Source: Octopus bimaculoides
Lineage: Eukaryota
DNA: 64,000 nt
Assembly (NCBI RefSeq): GCF_001194135.2
Contig: NC_068984.1
Coordinates: 90,831,174-90,895,173, forward strand
Direction: 5' to 3'
In this document: positions 40,749 through 54,204 of the stretch, one piece after another
Position numbering within the stretch: the stretch's first letter is position 1
How the letters are laid out: the number at the start of each line of letters is the position of its first letter
Position numbers and translations under genes: made by a program
Notes under the pieces: generated by a model
Told to the model about the DNA's origin: nothing
What the model saw: the letters and a program-made list of their open reading frames with translations, nothing else
The model's database searches: none

Positions 40749-40857
40749 AAATTCATTAGTACTTGAGTTTCAAGCATGATGCTAGTTGTCAGCCATTCAA
40801 ATTCAAAATGCCTGACAACTAGCATCGCACTTGAAACTCAAGAGTACCAACGAATTT
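40749..40857. repeat. 109-bp inverted repeat (arms of about 50 bp, 9-nt loop)
   Basis: AAATTCATTAGTACTTGAGTTTCAAGCATGATGCTAGTTGTCAGCCATT pairs with AATGCCTGACAACTAGCATCGCACTTGAAACTCAAGAGTACCAACGAATTT. Confidence 0.9.
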
Positions 40858-40875
40858 TAATTAATCTCTTTTGAT

Positions 40876-41300
40876 CCAAGATTTCTGATCAAAAAGTATC
40901 AGGACTGGTGTTATTAAAAGAAAATTACAACACATATCAATTCAGCATTTAATCTCCTTCAAAGTAGTCCCCTTCCGAAGCCTAACACTTTATTCAGTGT
41001 CATTTCTATTGATGGAAGCACTCCTGGAACTCCTTTTTTGGGATAGCAAGCAGCTGCTTTGTCACATTCTCTTGGATTTCCTTGGCATCTTGAAATCTTG
41101 TTCTTTTCAAGTGGGATTTAATTTTTGGAAAAAGGAAAGGGTCATAGCCATAGACCCACAATTTGTCACCTGTTATAACAGTTTTCATCTTCCTCAACAC
41201 AATCAAGAAGATTCAGCACAGCTAAAACCCAGTATTTTTGAGATAACCCTACTCTGCACACTTTACTTCTAAGGTCTGCTGTAAACAACAGAAGTGTGCA
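40876..41300 (-). mobile_element. Internally deleted mariner
   Basis: ITGDKLWVYGYDP is fused directly to FLFPKIKSHLKRTRFQDAKEIQ. A TIR-like TCTGATCAAAAAGTATCAGGACTG lies at about 40880. Confidence 0.75.
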
Positions 41301-41689
41301 GGAACATTACAATTTCGTGTGCATTTGTGATAAAGTTGCCTAACAAGTACTGACATATTGAAACAAGAAGACAATTGGGATTTTTCTTTATTATATCTTT
41401 TTAATTTATAGCTAGTTTATAGATTTGATTTTTTTTCTTCTTTTTTCGGCAGCTATTTGTCATTGCAATGCTTAGAATCCTCTCTACCCCTCCCCAAGAG
41501 CCTGGGAACAGGAAATATAAGGGGTGCACTTGCACTCCTTAAACTTTTTGGTGGGTGCAAAATCAAGATCTGCAACCCCTACTTACCTTTCCCAGGCTTA
41601 GGAAATCGCTTACAAAGACTGATCTGTAAAAGCTGCTTGAAATTAATAAACAAACAGAAAATGAAAAAATCCCTAGAACGACATTACTG

Positions 41690-44600
41690 AACTAAATCAT
41701 CATCAACATCACAATTAAATGAATATATGTGGGTGGGGTAGCAACAATAGCCATTACTCCTCAATACTAGCACAATTGAGGACCTATTAAACTCCATGAT
41801 CAAGAGCCCTTCACAATCCAGCTATCCACACTCCTCATTTCCTCTGAATATCACAACTCACCCATCAGCATTGCCATCATGACCTTTAACAACTAAACAA
41901 GATCAACTGCCATGGTCATTCCTCAATGCTAGCACAATTGATGAATTATTAAATCACAGTCCTTAGCTGTTCTCCACAATCAGGCTACTCAAATACCTCT
42001 CAGAATAACACGAGATCCATCATCACCATTGTCATCCTATTCTACTACTACTCCAATTGGTGAAGAATCACTCCTTTCTTCCCCACCCCCTCTGTTCACC
42101 TCAATCTGAATGTACACCTCACAGCTCCATGATAAATTTTGCCAACTGTAAATAAAGAAAAACTGAGTAAATAAACTGTAAATAATGCCAAAAATATGCC
42201 GCAATTTTCAAAGTGAGAGACTGCAACTTCACCCATTCACCTGGATAAGAGACACAATTTGTACAAGCAAATACCAAAGCACACAGCTTACACAACCACC
42301 ACCACTAAATGCTAAATCACACTTAATAACTTATACATATGTAGCCTGGAATCCTAAAATTTGCTATTTACATCTCAAAAGATTATGTCTGAAGTGTGAC
42401 TGTCCCTTCACTCTTCTTCCAGGGACTTGGTGCACTATTAAAAGCACGACTCCAAACCTACAGAAGAAACAGCCCTTACAGTGGCAGTGTTGGTCTGAAT
42501 TTTCATCAAAACCTTGAAGTCACCCAGATATCCACTGGATATAATAAAACCAACAGCCACAAACCATATAACTACAACCATAACAACTCCAGACAACCCC
42601 GCCCCCTTCCCAAGAGAAGAAAATTCTATTTTCAACCATAATGAATCTGACAAAAGAAATAAAAAAAAAAAAACCTTTTCACTTTCACACAGTACCAACC
42701 ACTGCTATTACCTCAGTGCACAACTATACATCGTTGCTGTCATTAACCCATAAAGTCAACTCAATAATAATGCTAAATGTAAGAAGGTCTCCCACACCAC
42801 ACAAATTGAACAAGAGCATCATATTTTAGCAACTTTGTACACTGAGAAAAGACAATGCATGTAGCACTAAGTGAAACATACCTGACCCCAGACATATTGG
42901 ATGTGGAAGTACAGACATCAGGTTATGTACTACACAGAACTGCCCACAGAATATGGAAACAAGGAGTAGTGCTCTTCATCTATGAAGACCTGGCAACAAA
43001 TGTCCTCCTCTCCCACTCCAAAACAGTGTGCAATACACTAATAATACACTAGTATTGTGATCACCCTCAATTTGATTATAGGCATCATCTATCATCCTCC
43101 TGATGCAGTCAACCATGGGGATCACTTCAGAGTTGTCTTGTTGCTCATAAATCAAACCTCCAATGAGGCCAGCTCACAGGCCAATGTACTTTTAACAGGG
43201 GACTTCAATTTTCCCAGTTTCAACTGGCCAAAGGGCTATATCCAACCTGAAATGAAACAACTGAACAGGAGAGATATGAATACTCTTATTGATACCACTA
43301 AAGACTTTCTCATGCAAAAATCATTACCTGTCCAACTAGTGGTTAGAATCAATACAGACTTCATTCACAACATTCAGGTTATTCCTACAGCTATTTCCAA
43401 CCACAACATTATACAATTATCTGTATATGGTTCAAAGAGGGTAACAAACACTAACATCAAACATGACTCACTCCTCATGAACTTGTATTTCAGGAAAGCC
43501 AACTGATCTTGGAATATTGGCAACCTCAATGTTAATGAGGGAATGAAGTTTCTGTACAAAGAGTTAATAAAGATCTGTCGAAAGCATGCCCCATATAAAC
43601 ATGCTTATTCCTGCAAGAACTTGAACCCATGGGACAGACAGATATTAATGTATAACAGAAACAAAGCAACAAAACAACTGAAAAAACCAAACACACTCAA
43701 CAGATGAGATTGTGAAAAAATATTAGAAAATAAAGAACATTGAACTGGACCTAAAACCATCTTAGGAAAAAGAAACTTCGCTAAGGGAACACCAAACAGT
43801 GGAAAGTATAAATCTATTCATAAGTTTTTTTTCTAATTTGCTGAACAAAAATCAGCTACACATAACCAGACTGGCTCTCTAATATATCAAAATGGAACAT
43901 ATGCCAATGATTCATTACAAATATGCACATTCTGGAATCAACTGTGCATTTTTGCATTTTCCCAACCTACAGTTAACAAAACAGTATATAAGCCAAATGA
44001 ATTCTTTGATCCCCAAAATTCAACTACAGGGACACTTCTAAAAATTAATGATATTGCAATTAATGACCTAAATTCAAACTCAGCATCTAGACCAGGTGGT
44101 CTCCGAGCAATACTGTTCAAAACATGCAAAAACAGCCTCGTGAAACCTTTAAAGATACTATTTCAAAAGTCACTAAATACCAGTATATTCCCAGAACTAC
44201 TGAAAGACAACAGTAACTCTTATACACGAAGTGGGGTGGGGTGGCAGGGTTGAAGCTAAAAATTACATACCTTCTTCTCTCACATCTCACACATCTAAAA
44301 TTATCAAATGTATTTTCTGAAAAAGAATTATTACATAACTTGAGGAGAAAACCTCTTAGATGGTTTTTGGACTGCATGAAACTGCCTGTTACTACTATCA
44401 CAGCATCATTACTCTATTCTCAATAATCTCTAGAGAGGAAAGGACATTGTGTGCATCTTGATTTTGCTAAGGCATTTGTCCTAAGTTAAGAGATCTTGAT
44501 ATATCACAGGAAAACTTGGAGAATGGCTCTTTGACATCTTATATGGTAGGAGTCAATCTGTTGTTGCAAATGGTTTTCTCTCTGCTATGTCACTTGTAAT

Positions 44601-45480
44601 AAGTGATATACCTCAGGGAATGGTTCTAGGATCATTATTATTTATCATCACCCTATCAGGTATGGCATCATAAGTTATGCCAATGACACAAAAATATCCA
44701 AACTCCAGAAGATACTCTAAAATGAGCTAAACCTCATTTATCAATGGGCAGATAAAATCATTATGAAGTTTAGTACATCAAAATTTCAGGTTCTTTGTTA
44801 CGGAGGGAATACACACAATATTTGACACTAGTTAACACAATAATTCAGAGTGCTAATGACATATGGGAGAGTAATAATGTCCAATGATGCATCTTTCCTT
44901 AGACACATCAGCAAACTGATCTCAATATGCAAACAGCTTACAGGATGGATCCTACAAACCTTTGTGACAAGAGAGCCAGTAGTTAGGTAAACTCTATGGA
45001 AAACCCTAGTTCTGAGCAGATTAGGTTACTGCTCGAAGCTTTGGTTTCCTAGAAGAAATTGAAGGGTTACAAAGAATGTTCACCAGCCGTAATTACAAGG
45101 AACATTTGAAAGTGCAGTAGCTCTACTCTCTTGAATGCTGAAGGGAGAGATATACTATCACATATATATGTAAAATCATGTACACATATGTTCTAAACTT
45201 TGGCATTAGAGAGTATTTTAATGCATGAACTGTTAGATACAGTCAGCTTCCAGATATACTACCTTTGAAATCACAAACAAAAGCACTGCTATACCAGTCT
45301 GTTATTTAGAGGTCCTGAACTATTCAACTGCCTACCTAAAGTAATAAGATATATAAAAGAAATATCTACTGAAACATTAATAGAGAATCATTGGATAAAC
45401 TCCAAACAATAATACTGGACCAGTCAGCCATTCAAAGATGCATCCTAGGGAGATCAAACTCAATCATAGACCAACTTCCA
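41690..45480 (+). mobile_element. Near full-length decayed CR1-clade-like LINE (ORF1 remnant, APE endonuclease, RT)
   Basis: Motifs ALSETYL, GIIYHPP, LTGDFNFP (APE); SASRPGG, HLDFAKAF, PQGMVLGSLLFII, SYANDTK (RT). A Cys/His-rich ORF1-like region lies at 42185-42430, with ~160-bp direct repeats at the 5' end. Confidence 0.85.
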
Positions 45481-45574
45481 ACCATAAAGCAACAACAAAA
45501 CTAATAGAAAATAAATTAAAGCAGTGATCCAGTATGGCCGCAGTCCAACAACTGAAATCTCCCAACCACATGGC

Positions 45575-45898
45575 TCTGAATTAAGTCCCTCTGCATGGAA
45601 CTTTGCATAAGTGTCTTCTACAATAGCCTTAGGTTGACCAGAGCCTTGTGAATGGATTTGGTAGACGGAAACCGAAAGAAGCCAGCCGTGTATGTATACG
45701 TGCGTGTGTTTGTCACCCAACTATCATTTGAGAGGTGTTGGTGTGTTTACATCCCAAGAGTTTAGTGGTTCAGCAAAGAGACCAACAGAATAAGTACCAG
45801 GCTTAAAAGAAAAGTACTGGGGTTGATTCATTCAACTAATAGTTCTCGCTGTTGTGCCAGCAAAGCCGCAGAGTCTAATAACTAAAATGAGCAAAAGA
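45575..45898 (+). mobile_element. tRNA-derived SINE
   Basis: GTGTCTTCTACAATAGCC..GAGCCTTGTGAATGGATTTGGTAGACGGAAACCGAAAGAAGCC...AAAAGATA; opposite orientation to the copy at 7590-7965. Confidence 0.85.
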
Positions 45899-45900
45899 TA

Positions 45901-46207
45901 TCTATATATATTAAAATGAGAATGTGTGTCTGTCTGTGTGAATCCCTAAAACTCGAGAACTACGCAACCAATTTCATTCAAATTTTACAGATGCCTTACT
46001 TAGGGTTCCAGTTGTGTTTTAGTCAAAAAAAATTTTAACTTCTTGCAGAGTTCGAGCCCACAGCAACATAATATCTCCTCCACTATTTAAGTATTACGTG
46101 TCAAAAGTGAAACAAAAACACTCATGTCAAATACTTTCACTTTAAAAATGAAACTATTCTACTAACTGAAACAATCACATTTCGATACTGTAATGACAGA
46201 TACTTTC

Positions 46208-46238
<31 letters not shown>

Positions 46239-47128
46239 NNNNNNNNNNNNNNNNNNNNNNNNNNNNNNNNNNNNNNNNNNNNNNNNNNNNNNNNNNNNNN
46301 NNNNNNNNNNNNNNNNNNNNNNNNNNNNNNNNNNNNNNNNNNNNNNNNNNNNNNNNNNNNNNNNNNNNNNNNNNNNNNNNNNNNNNNNNNNNNNNNNNNN
46401 NNNNNNNNNNNNNNNNNNNNNNNNNNNNNNNNNNNNNNNNNNNNNNNNNNNNNNNNNNNNNNNNNNNNNNNNNNNNNNNNNNNNNNNNNNNNNNNNNNNN
46501 NNNNNNNNNNNNNNNNNNNNNNNNNNNNNNNNNNNNNNNNNNNNNNNNNNNNNNNNNNNNNNNNNNNNNNNNNNNNNNNNNNNNNNNNNNNNNNNNNNNN
46601 NNNNNNNNNNNNNNNNNNNNNNNNNNNNNNNNNNNNNNNNNNNNNNNNNNNNNNNNNNNNNNNNNNNNNNNNNNNNNNNNNNNNNNNNNNNNNNNNNNNN
46701 NNNNNNNNNNNNNNNNNNNNNNNNNNNNNNNNNNNNNNNNNNNNNNNNNNNNNNNNNNNNNNNNNNNNNNNNNNNNNNNNNNNNNNNNNNNNNNNNNNNN
46801 NNNNNNNNNNNNNNNNNNNNNNNNNNNNNNNNNNNNNNNNNNNNNNNNNNNNNNNNNNNNNNNNNNNNNNNNNNNNNNNNNNNNCTTTGGGTCTTTTTAT
46901 TATCACTATGACACAAATAGTCCCCAGTTGGTAACATTGATTTCAAGGCCCTCCTAGATGAGAGACTGGCATTCCACTTAATGTCTATGTTCCATGCTGG
47001 CATGGATTGGAGAGTTATGTAGAAATATGGTATCGTAGCTACTAACGGTTGAGGGTTGCGTAGTCTAGACGGCGTTTTTAGATTTCATTATTCTCTTTAA
47101 CCCAGGCAAAGCCGGGTATTTCTGCTAG
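45901..47128 (+). mobile_element. Non-autonomous Helitron-like element (spans an N gap)
   Basis: 5' A|TC start followed by TATATATATTAAAATGAGAATGTGTGTCTGTC. A 3' hairpin CCCAGGCAAAGCCGGG lies just upstream of CTAG|T, consistent with an A|T target. Continuity across the gap is unproven. Confidence 0.6.
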
Positions 47129-47160
<32 letters not shown>

Positions 47161-47199
47161 GTTTCCTGGGAGCTTGCAGTGTTACTTTCTCATAATCAA

Positions 47200-48170
47200 T
47201 GGACACAACACACAGAGGCAAAAGATCAGTGAAGTCAAGAGAGCCCTCAAGCTGATGAAAAAAGGAAAAGTACCGGGCAAGGATGGTATATCTAAAATGC
47301 TGCTGGCTGGTGGAGAGCAGCTATGGAAAATTCTTACTCTACGCTTCAACTGCTACCTAAAGGAAGTGTCAATACCTTCTCAATGGAAGGAGTCAAATAC
47401 AATCCTGCTGTACAAGAAAGTGATAAAGACTATCGTAGACCCAATGGGATGAGGTGGTCAAGCATGACCTTCGAACATTGGGCCTCATAGAGGCAATGAC
47501 GAAAGACAGAGACCTCTGGAGATATGCTGTGACTGTGAAGACCCAACAAATAAAGTAAGTTCACAGCTGTATCCTACACCAGTTTTGCATAACCAGCCCC
47601 AGCCCATTCAAAAGTACCTTGGATTGTAGGGCGACCTGCTGTGCTTGAGGAGACCTATTGAGTCAAGTACATCAACATCAAAATAAAAATCAAATGGAAA
47701 TTCTAGCTGTGATATCCGTGCTGGTGGCACATAAAAACCACCATCCAAACGTGGCTGATGCCAGTGCCGCCTTGACTGGCTTCTGTGCCGATGGCACGTA
47801 AAAAGCACCAACCGATCATGATCATTGCCAGCCTGCTCTGGCCCCTGTGCTGGTGGCACATAAAAAGTACCCACTATACTCATGGAGTGGTTGGCGTTAG
47901 GAAGGGCATCCAGCTGTAGAAACAATGCCAGATCAGACTGGAGCCTGGTGCAGCCTCCTGGCTTCCCAGACCCCGGTCGAACCATCCAACCCATGCAAGC
48001 ATGGAAAACAGACGTTAAACAATGATGATGATGAAGTCTTATCTGCCTCCTGTCTCATATTTACAAACTGCTCATAAAGATAATTGCTGAATGGTTATCT
48101 CAACAACTGGATGAGCAGCAACCAAGAGAACAGGCAGGGTTCAGAAAAAAGTACAGCACTATAGATTATA
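47200..48170 (+). mobile_element. RTE family B RT fragment interrupted by a family A 3' end (47444-48033)
   Basis: EVKRALKLMKKGKVPGKDGI...ILLYKK..YR | insertion | LICLLSHIYKLLIKII...QQPREQAGFRKKYSTID. Confidence 0.85.
47444..48033 (+). mobile_element. RTE family A 3' end
   Basis: GTAGACCCA..GGGATGAGGTGGT..AGCATGACCTTCGAACATT through to the (GAT)n tail. Confidence 0.9.
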
Positions 48171-48231
48171 TATTTACTCTAACTCAGTTGGTGGTATGAG
48201 CAAGAAAATATCTGTGTGTGTGTGTGTATAA

Positions 48232-48263
<32 letters not shown>

Positions 48264-48269
48264 TATACA

Positions 48270-49100
48270 GACAAGAAAGTAATATTTCGAATGCAGTATA
48301 ACCGTGAAAACAGCAGAAAGTTGGGTATTTTACCCTTATAAGATAGAGAAAATGCATGTCTAATTGTGGACTAAGTGAGATTATATTTAATCTTACCCTC
48401 CTTAAGCTACCACACAAAATCAGCCAAAGATATTGAATGCCTCTTGTTGAAGCTGGTGATATGGCTTCGATATTGATTGCTGAAAGAATCAGCTGTTGCA
48501 CTAATGTAAACATAGGGCCCTCCCCGTATGTGTACAGTTACTTATAAACAACATTGATATTCATACAGAGGTTCATTAATGGGCATTTTGTTTTTTTCTC
48601 TGCATGAGAATTTATTAGATTTAGTAGCATTTGTGGCTCTGCTGATCTCATTTTCCAGCACTATCACCATGTTGTCTATATCTCTATTTTTGTTATCTGG
48701 ATGTGGCTGCAGCAGGTACTCTTCATTCTGGTTGGTATTGCTTTCTCTTGATATTTTATTCTTTGCTATCCTTCCTAATTATCAAGCCGGAAGTAGTTTC
48801 CCTGTCATAGGCTAGGGCCCACTGGGTGGATTATTCAATGCTTGGTTCATTTTTCCATTCTTAATGTGGTGTAGGTGTTGTTCTAAGTTTGCGTTTAATA
48901 CTTTCACAATGTGCCTATTAAAAATAGTATGGTATCTATTTGATTGAGAAGCATTTATCTAATGTGGCAAAAAATTTCCTGGCAATCCTTGTTGGAACAT
49001 GTGAACTGTGGATTAGGTTACACCAGAGGACATCATGTTTCTTATGTTTGCTGTTTGGATTATTGATTCTGGTGTTGTATGGAGTTGGGGCAATTTGTGT
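48270..49100 (-). mobile_element. Penelope-like retroelement fragment (linker plus GIY-YIG endonuclease), decayed
   Basis: VLWCNLIHSSHVPTRIARKFFATLDKCFS...RYHTIFNRHIVKV resembles the PLE linker IIWFNPP.S..V..N.G..F..L.DKHF...IFNR..VKV. It is followed by KCPLMNLCMNINVVYK.TV..VYISATADSFSNQYRSHITSFN...LADFVW*LKE. Confidence 0.8.
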
Positions 49101-51414
49101 TCCAAGTTGTACTATGATTATGTTGTGTGTGTCTAGGGGTTTTGATGTGCCAAAGAATACAGTGAACTGTATTTCCTATCTGATACCATACAAAATGAAA
49201 TCCTAGAGACATATGTGCCTGTGTCTCTGTTGCATCTAGTGAGGGAATGTTCAGCACGCTGCACTGTATCAAGACCTGACTCTGTACCACAATGATGCAA
49301 CACCATCTGACATACCGTGCTGTAATGCATGTACATAAAACCTTGAGCAATGAAAATACTTTGGACATCCTCCCTGGAAAACTTCATTGCCAAAATGATC
49401 AAGCAAAGAAAGATTTTGGAACTGATTTGAAACATTACTTTTCCACATGTAATAATAAAAATTATTAATATACCTGTTTGTTTTGATATTAAGAATGAAA
49501 GAACATCGACCTTGTTAATAAAAAATTTTGGAGCTGGGTTTGCACCCACTAAGAAATTTTGTTTCCAGGCCACTGCCCACCTCTTGCTTGTTTATGACCA
49601 ACCTTCCAACTTAAATTTCAATGTGAAAGCGTGTGAATTAAGCCCCCACCTTTTTTTTTTTGCATTGATAAGGTTAAGGTTTCAAATATTCCTTTCAGAA
49701 GGAAAAAGCTATTTTGTCATATTCTCCTTCTCCATTGAACGTGTCATATGGTAGACAGAAACTGAAAGAAGCCTGTCACAGAGAGAGAAAGAGGGAGGGA
49801 GAGAGAGCGAGAGATCACTGCGCAGTATGTGGGAGAGGGTAGTGATGTGCAGATTGGTAGTGTTATAATAGCCAGTGTACTCCATGTAGTTTTTGTTTGT
49901 TGTTTAATGCTGGTTTCAAGTTATTAATTAGGATGGCCTCTTTGATTCAAAAGTTGCCTGTGTTGTGTTCTATGGCTCTGATAGACGCAGTAAAGTCCAA
50001 GGTCTGGTACTTTAGCAAATGTGTATACACATGTTCTTCGATGTGAATGGGCAGTTTTCTTACCTTACAAGTTTTCTATTAAAAGCTATCAACACAACAA
50101 ATCTGATGTGTAGAAATGACTTGCTCTTGGGAAAAAGTGAACATACAGACCTTGTCTGACTGCTTGCAACAATATTAATATTCCAGTAAATGCACCCATC
50201 GGTAAGTGAATCATGTGTGTCTGAGTAACAGATTTATCTTCTACCACTTTCTACAACAAGTAAAGTTCATTGGTAGGCTTGAATACTTTGAAGTCATTTA
50301 GTTTCATATTCCTGTTTCTGTTAACACAACCAATATTTATTTATATTGAGAAACAAAATTTTTCTATCTAGATTGTGTATATTTGTATTAATACTAATTA
50401 CAGTAATTTTGAGAAGTTAAAATTGCATAATGATGTCAATGATTGATTTGTATAATGTAAGTCCAGGTTTTTTTAGTAGCACCATTCCAAAACTAAAATT
50501 TTCCATTTATGATTAATATCATCATAAGCATGCAGGTATCGAATCATTTAATACCCCACTCTTGAAAAAAATTATTATTATTTCTTAACCAATTGAAATC
50601 AATGCATTATCTTAACATTTATTGATATGAAGGAATAAAAGGCTAAATCCATTCAAATGGAATTATATAATTTTTAAAAGTAAATAGTCTTTGAATGTGA
50701 CAATTTGGAAAGAACAATAAGTTATTAAAAGATGGAAAAAAAAACAAACTACAAACTAATAGCATTGATTTATTACACTTTGGTTGCAAGAGCCTCTATA
50801 CATTTGCATGACCTGATAGAAATAACTGCCAAATCTCCTTCAAATTGCACTCTCATCTTTCAAAGAAAGATACAGTGGACAATATAAAGGCAAGCTAGTC
50901 ATGGCTTTATATATCTGTTTAATCAGAGCTGACTTGGGGCTCAAAAAACATTCTGATTAAGAATAAATTCTATTTAACAATAAAGTCTAGATACAATAAA
51001 TAAACTATAGTCAAATGGATTACTGAATCAGTAGATTCTAAATTTGAATCCCACCCATGTCCACTTTCACCATACCAAGATTGATAAATTAGTAATGCCA
51101 CTGCCCCAGCATGATCAAATTTCAATGTCTGAAAACAGCAATAGAAAAAAAGAACTTTAAAAATATAAAAATATGAACTGCAGTTGTTCCATATTTTTTC
51201 TAACAAGAAGACAATATCAAAGGAACCATTTTTTTTCTTTTCAGGCCATTAACTTCATAGTTTACCGTCAAAATAACAAATCTCGTTTTTGGCTTTTTTT
51301 TATGTTAACTAAACTAAACAAGATCTTGACTTAGGATTCAGCTTAAATACTTTAATATCTCAAAACAAAGAAACCTTTCATCAATAAAATCTTTGTTTCT
51401 TCAAACCCTAAAAC

Positions 51415-51472
<58 letters not shown>

Positions 51473-51568
51473 NNNNNNNNNNNNNNNNNNNNNNNNNNNN
51501 NNNNNNNNNNNNNNNNNNNNNNNNNNNNNNNNNNNNNNNNNNNNNNNNNNNNNNNNNNNNNNNNNNNN

Positions 51569-51612
<44 letters not shown>

Positions 51613-52524
51613 CACACACACACAATGTTCAAACAAAATCATTCAGATTAGCAGAAGTATGAAATACCTACCAGCAATTATAATGTTCAACTACAATAAA
51701 ATCACTATTATCCTCACTACTAAATACTGTAACAACAGCATTTAGCAAGAAAAAAAATGACAAAAGAGTTTTGAGAGCCAACTTTATTTTACCCAAGAGA
51801 GCTAACTTCATTTTACACAATTAAGCTAAAATGAATAAATCAAGGGAAATTATTCTGATAACTAAATGTGACAATTCTAATCTTAAAACAGTAGTTGACA
51901 GTTTGAAAACAAATTAACAGCCATCAACAATAAAATTTGAGTGACGGGACATTAATTGCCTGATTATTTGAATTCCAGTAAAGCAAACCAGTCTTTGCTG
52001 GACTATCTTAGTGATAAATAACCACAGGCGTGAGGGAGACCACTCTTTGTCATTCTAAATGGGATTGCAGGGACTTATTGTGATAAAACTGTTAGGAGAT
52101 AATTATATTAAATAATTTGAATTCAGGCACAATAGAACTTTTCTGTTTTCAGTCTTTTCTTTGATATGAGCATTTTTTCGGGGGTGGGGGCATTGTCACA
52201 AAGCAAACTAAGTAGGCACACATAGTTTTGTGTTGTTTCAGGAACAATGCTTCTAAATATGTTATACTACAATTACCATTGCACAAGCAGAGGCCATTGT
52301 TAGAGTGGTTGATATAGTTCTGATTCACTGGCTTTTGATTTAAAGTAAAAAAAAAAATTAAAAATACCTATTTTTCTCCTTTACACTCACACACACAAAT
52401 TAATGCACCAATGATCAAACTGCTTATAAAGAGAAATAAAAATGCATCAAACCACCATCATAACAGGCTTCGTTTACACAAAGATGGTGAAATGATATAT
52501 TGGACCTCAAACATGAAAATACCA

Positions 52525-52780
52525 CGTGTGTGTTCTCATTTTGGGAGATACATGCTCACACACACACACACACACACACTAAATGTAGTTCATAACAAAA
52601 GAAAATGGTAAACATTTCCATAACACCTAAATTGGAACTTGGACTGAATGCCTTGTCTTGGCAGTAAAAGAAAACAAATTGTGTAAATTCAAAATTATTC
52701 CTTACTCGTTGCTTTCTCATTCATTTTTCCTATCTTCTTGACTGGAATATACTGCTTGAATATAATTGACTACTGTTCCA
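52525..52780 (+). repeat. Direct duplicate D1 (copy D2 at 53860-54090)
   Basis: CACACTAAATGTAGTT..CACCTAAATTGGAACTTGGACTGAATGC..TGACTGGAATATACTGCTTGAATAT is shared by both copies. Confidence 0.9.
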
Positions 52781-53399
52781 TTATTCTACTGATAAAATAC
52801 AAGATAAAATAACAGGCTGTTTACAGACAGAGAATATGAAATATTAAATGTTTACATAATATAAAATTTTTACTCACTTGCTTATAATAATTTGAAGAAG
52901 AAAAAAATCTTCATATGCTTTCACCCTTACATGAAAAACAGATGAACCAAATATCAAACTGTTTATTCATGTTTTATTTTATAACTTTGAATTTATAGAG
53001 AAAGACAAATGGAATGTAGTGATCTAAGTGTCTTTCCATAAGTGAAATAAAATGGTTTTAAGAGATCTAATTGTAGGGTTCACCAGGTGCTAACCTCTAC
53101 TTAACAGCACTCATCACATTTTAAGAAGATCCTATTTCGAATTAGTTTTAGTATTTACTAAATCATAAATCATGACAAGTATCATGATACTAGTTGTACA
53201 TGAAAACCATTTATACCACTGCCACATTTTCTTAATGATAAATGAAAGAAAAAAATCTTGTCAGCTAGCTATGAAAGTAGTATTAAAGACTGATTTGTAT
53301 TAATAACTAAAAATGACAGCACAAAGGAGCAATCAAAGTTATCCAAAGTAGAAGAGCAAAGTGAAAAATGTATGAAAATATGTATTGGTGGTAAAGTGT

Positions 53400-53720
53400 A
53401 ATAATGTAAGTATAGGTGAAGGAACATATTCTTCCAGAAGAGCCCCAAGTAAAGACTTATTTACAAGTGGTGGAAAATAGATGTATTCAAAGTACAATCA
53501 GTCACACAGAATCTTTTAAGAAAATAGCTATCTTCAACCCAGCACACAAACAGTATTGTAATCAACATTCCAACTGCTCTGTTATGTATATAGGTAGTTA
53601 GGGTAAATGCAGGCTGTTTCCTCTTGAAGCACATCTGCTTATTCCATTGTTGCAATCAAAATGTATCCATAATTACTGTTGTATGTTAAAATACAAAAAT
53701 TGAGAATTGCAGAAATATTA
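53400..53720. repeat. Inverted duplicate E (reverse-complement copy at about 54860-55157)
   Basis: ATAGGTGAAGGAACATATTCTTCCAGAAGAG... has its reverse complement CTCTTCTGGAAGAATATGTTCCTTCACCTAT at about 55118-55148. Homology extends about 300 bp with indels. Confidence 0.9.
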
Positions 53721-54204
53721 TTTGCAGAGTTATTGTATAACAAACAGGAAAATAAAATTTTTGGGTATTTATTCTCCATTACAAATGTTTCATTTGCTAA
53801 TAGGAATTATAAAGATTTACACGTTAGATAGACATGCAAAGAATTTCTAATAGGAAATTCCTGCTCTCATTTTGGGGATACATGCACACACACTAAATGT
53901 AGTTGATACCAAAGAAAATGTTAAACATTCCCACAACACCTAAATTGGAACTTGGACTGAATGCTTTGTCTTGACAGTAAAAGAAAACAAATGTGTAAAT
54001 TCAAAATTATTCCTTACTCATTGCTTTCTCATTCAATCTTCCTATCTTCTTGACTGGAATATACTGCTTGAATATGATTGATTACTATTTATATAACATG
54101 TAAATCTATGTAATGTTTGCTAATTCCTATGAGCAAATGGAACACGTGTAATGGAGAATAAATAACAAAAAAATTTCTATTTTCCAGTTTTGTTTTATAT
54201 CGCC

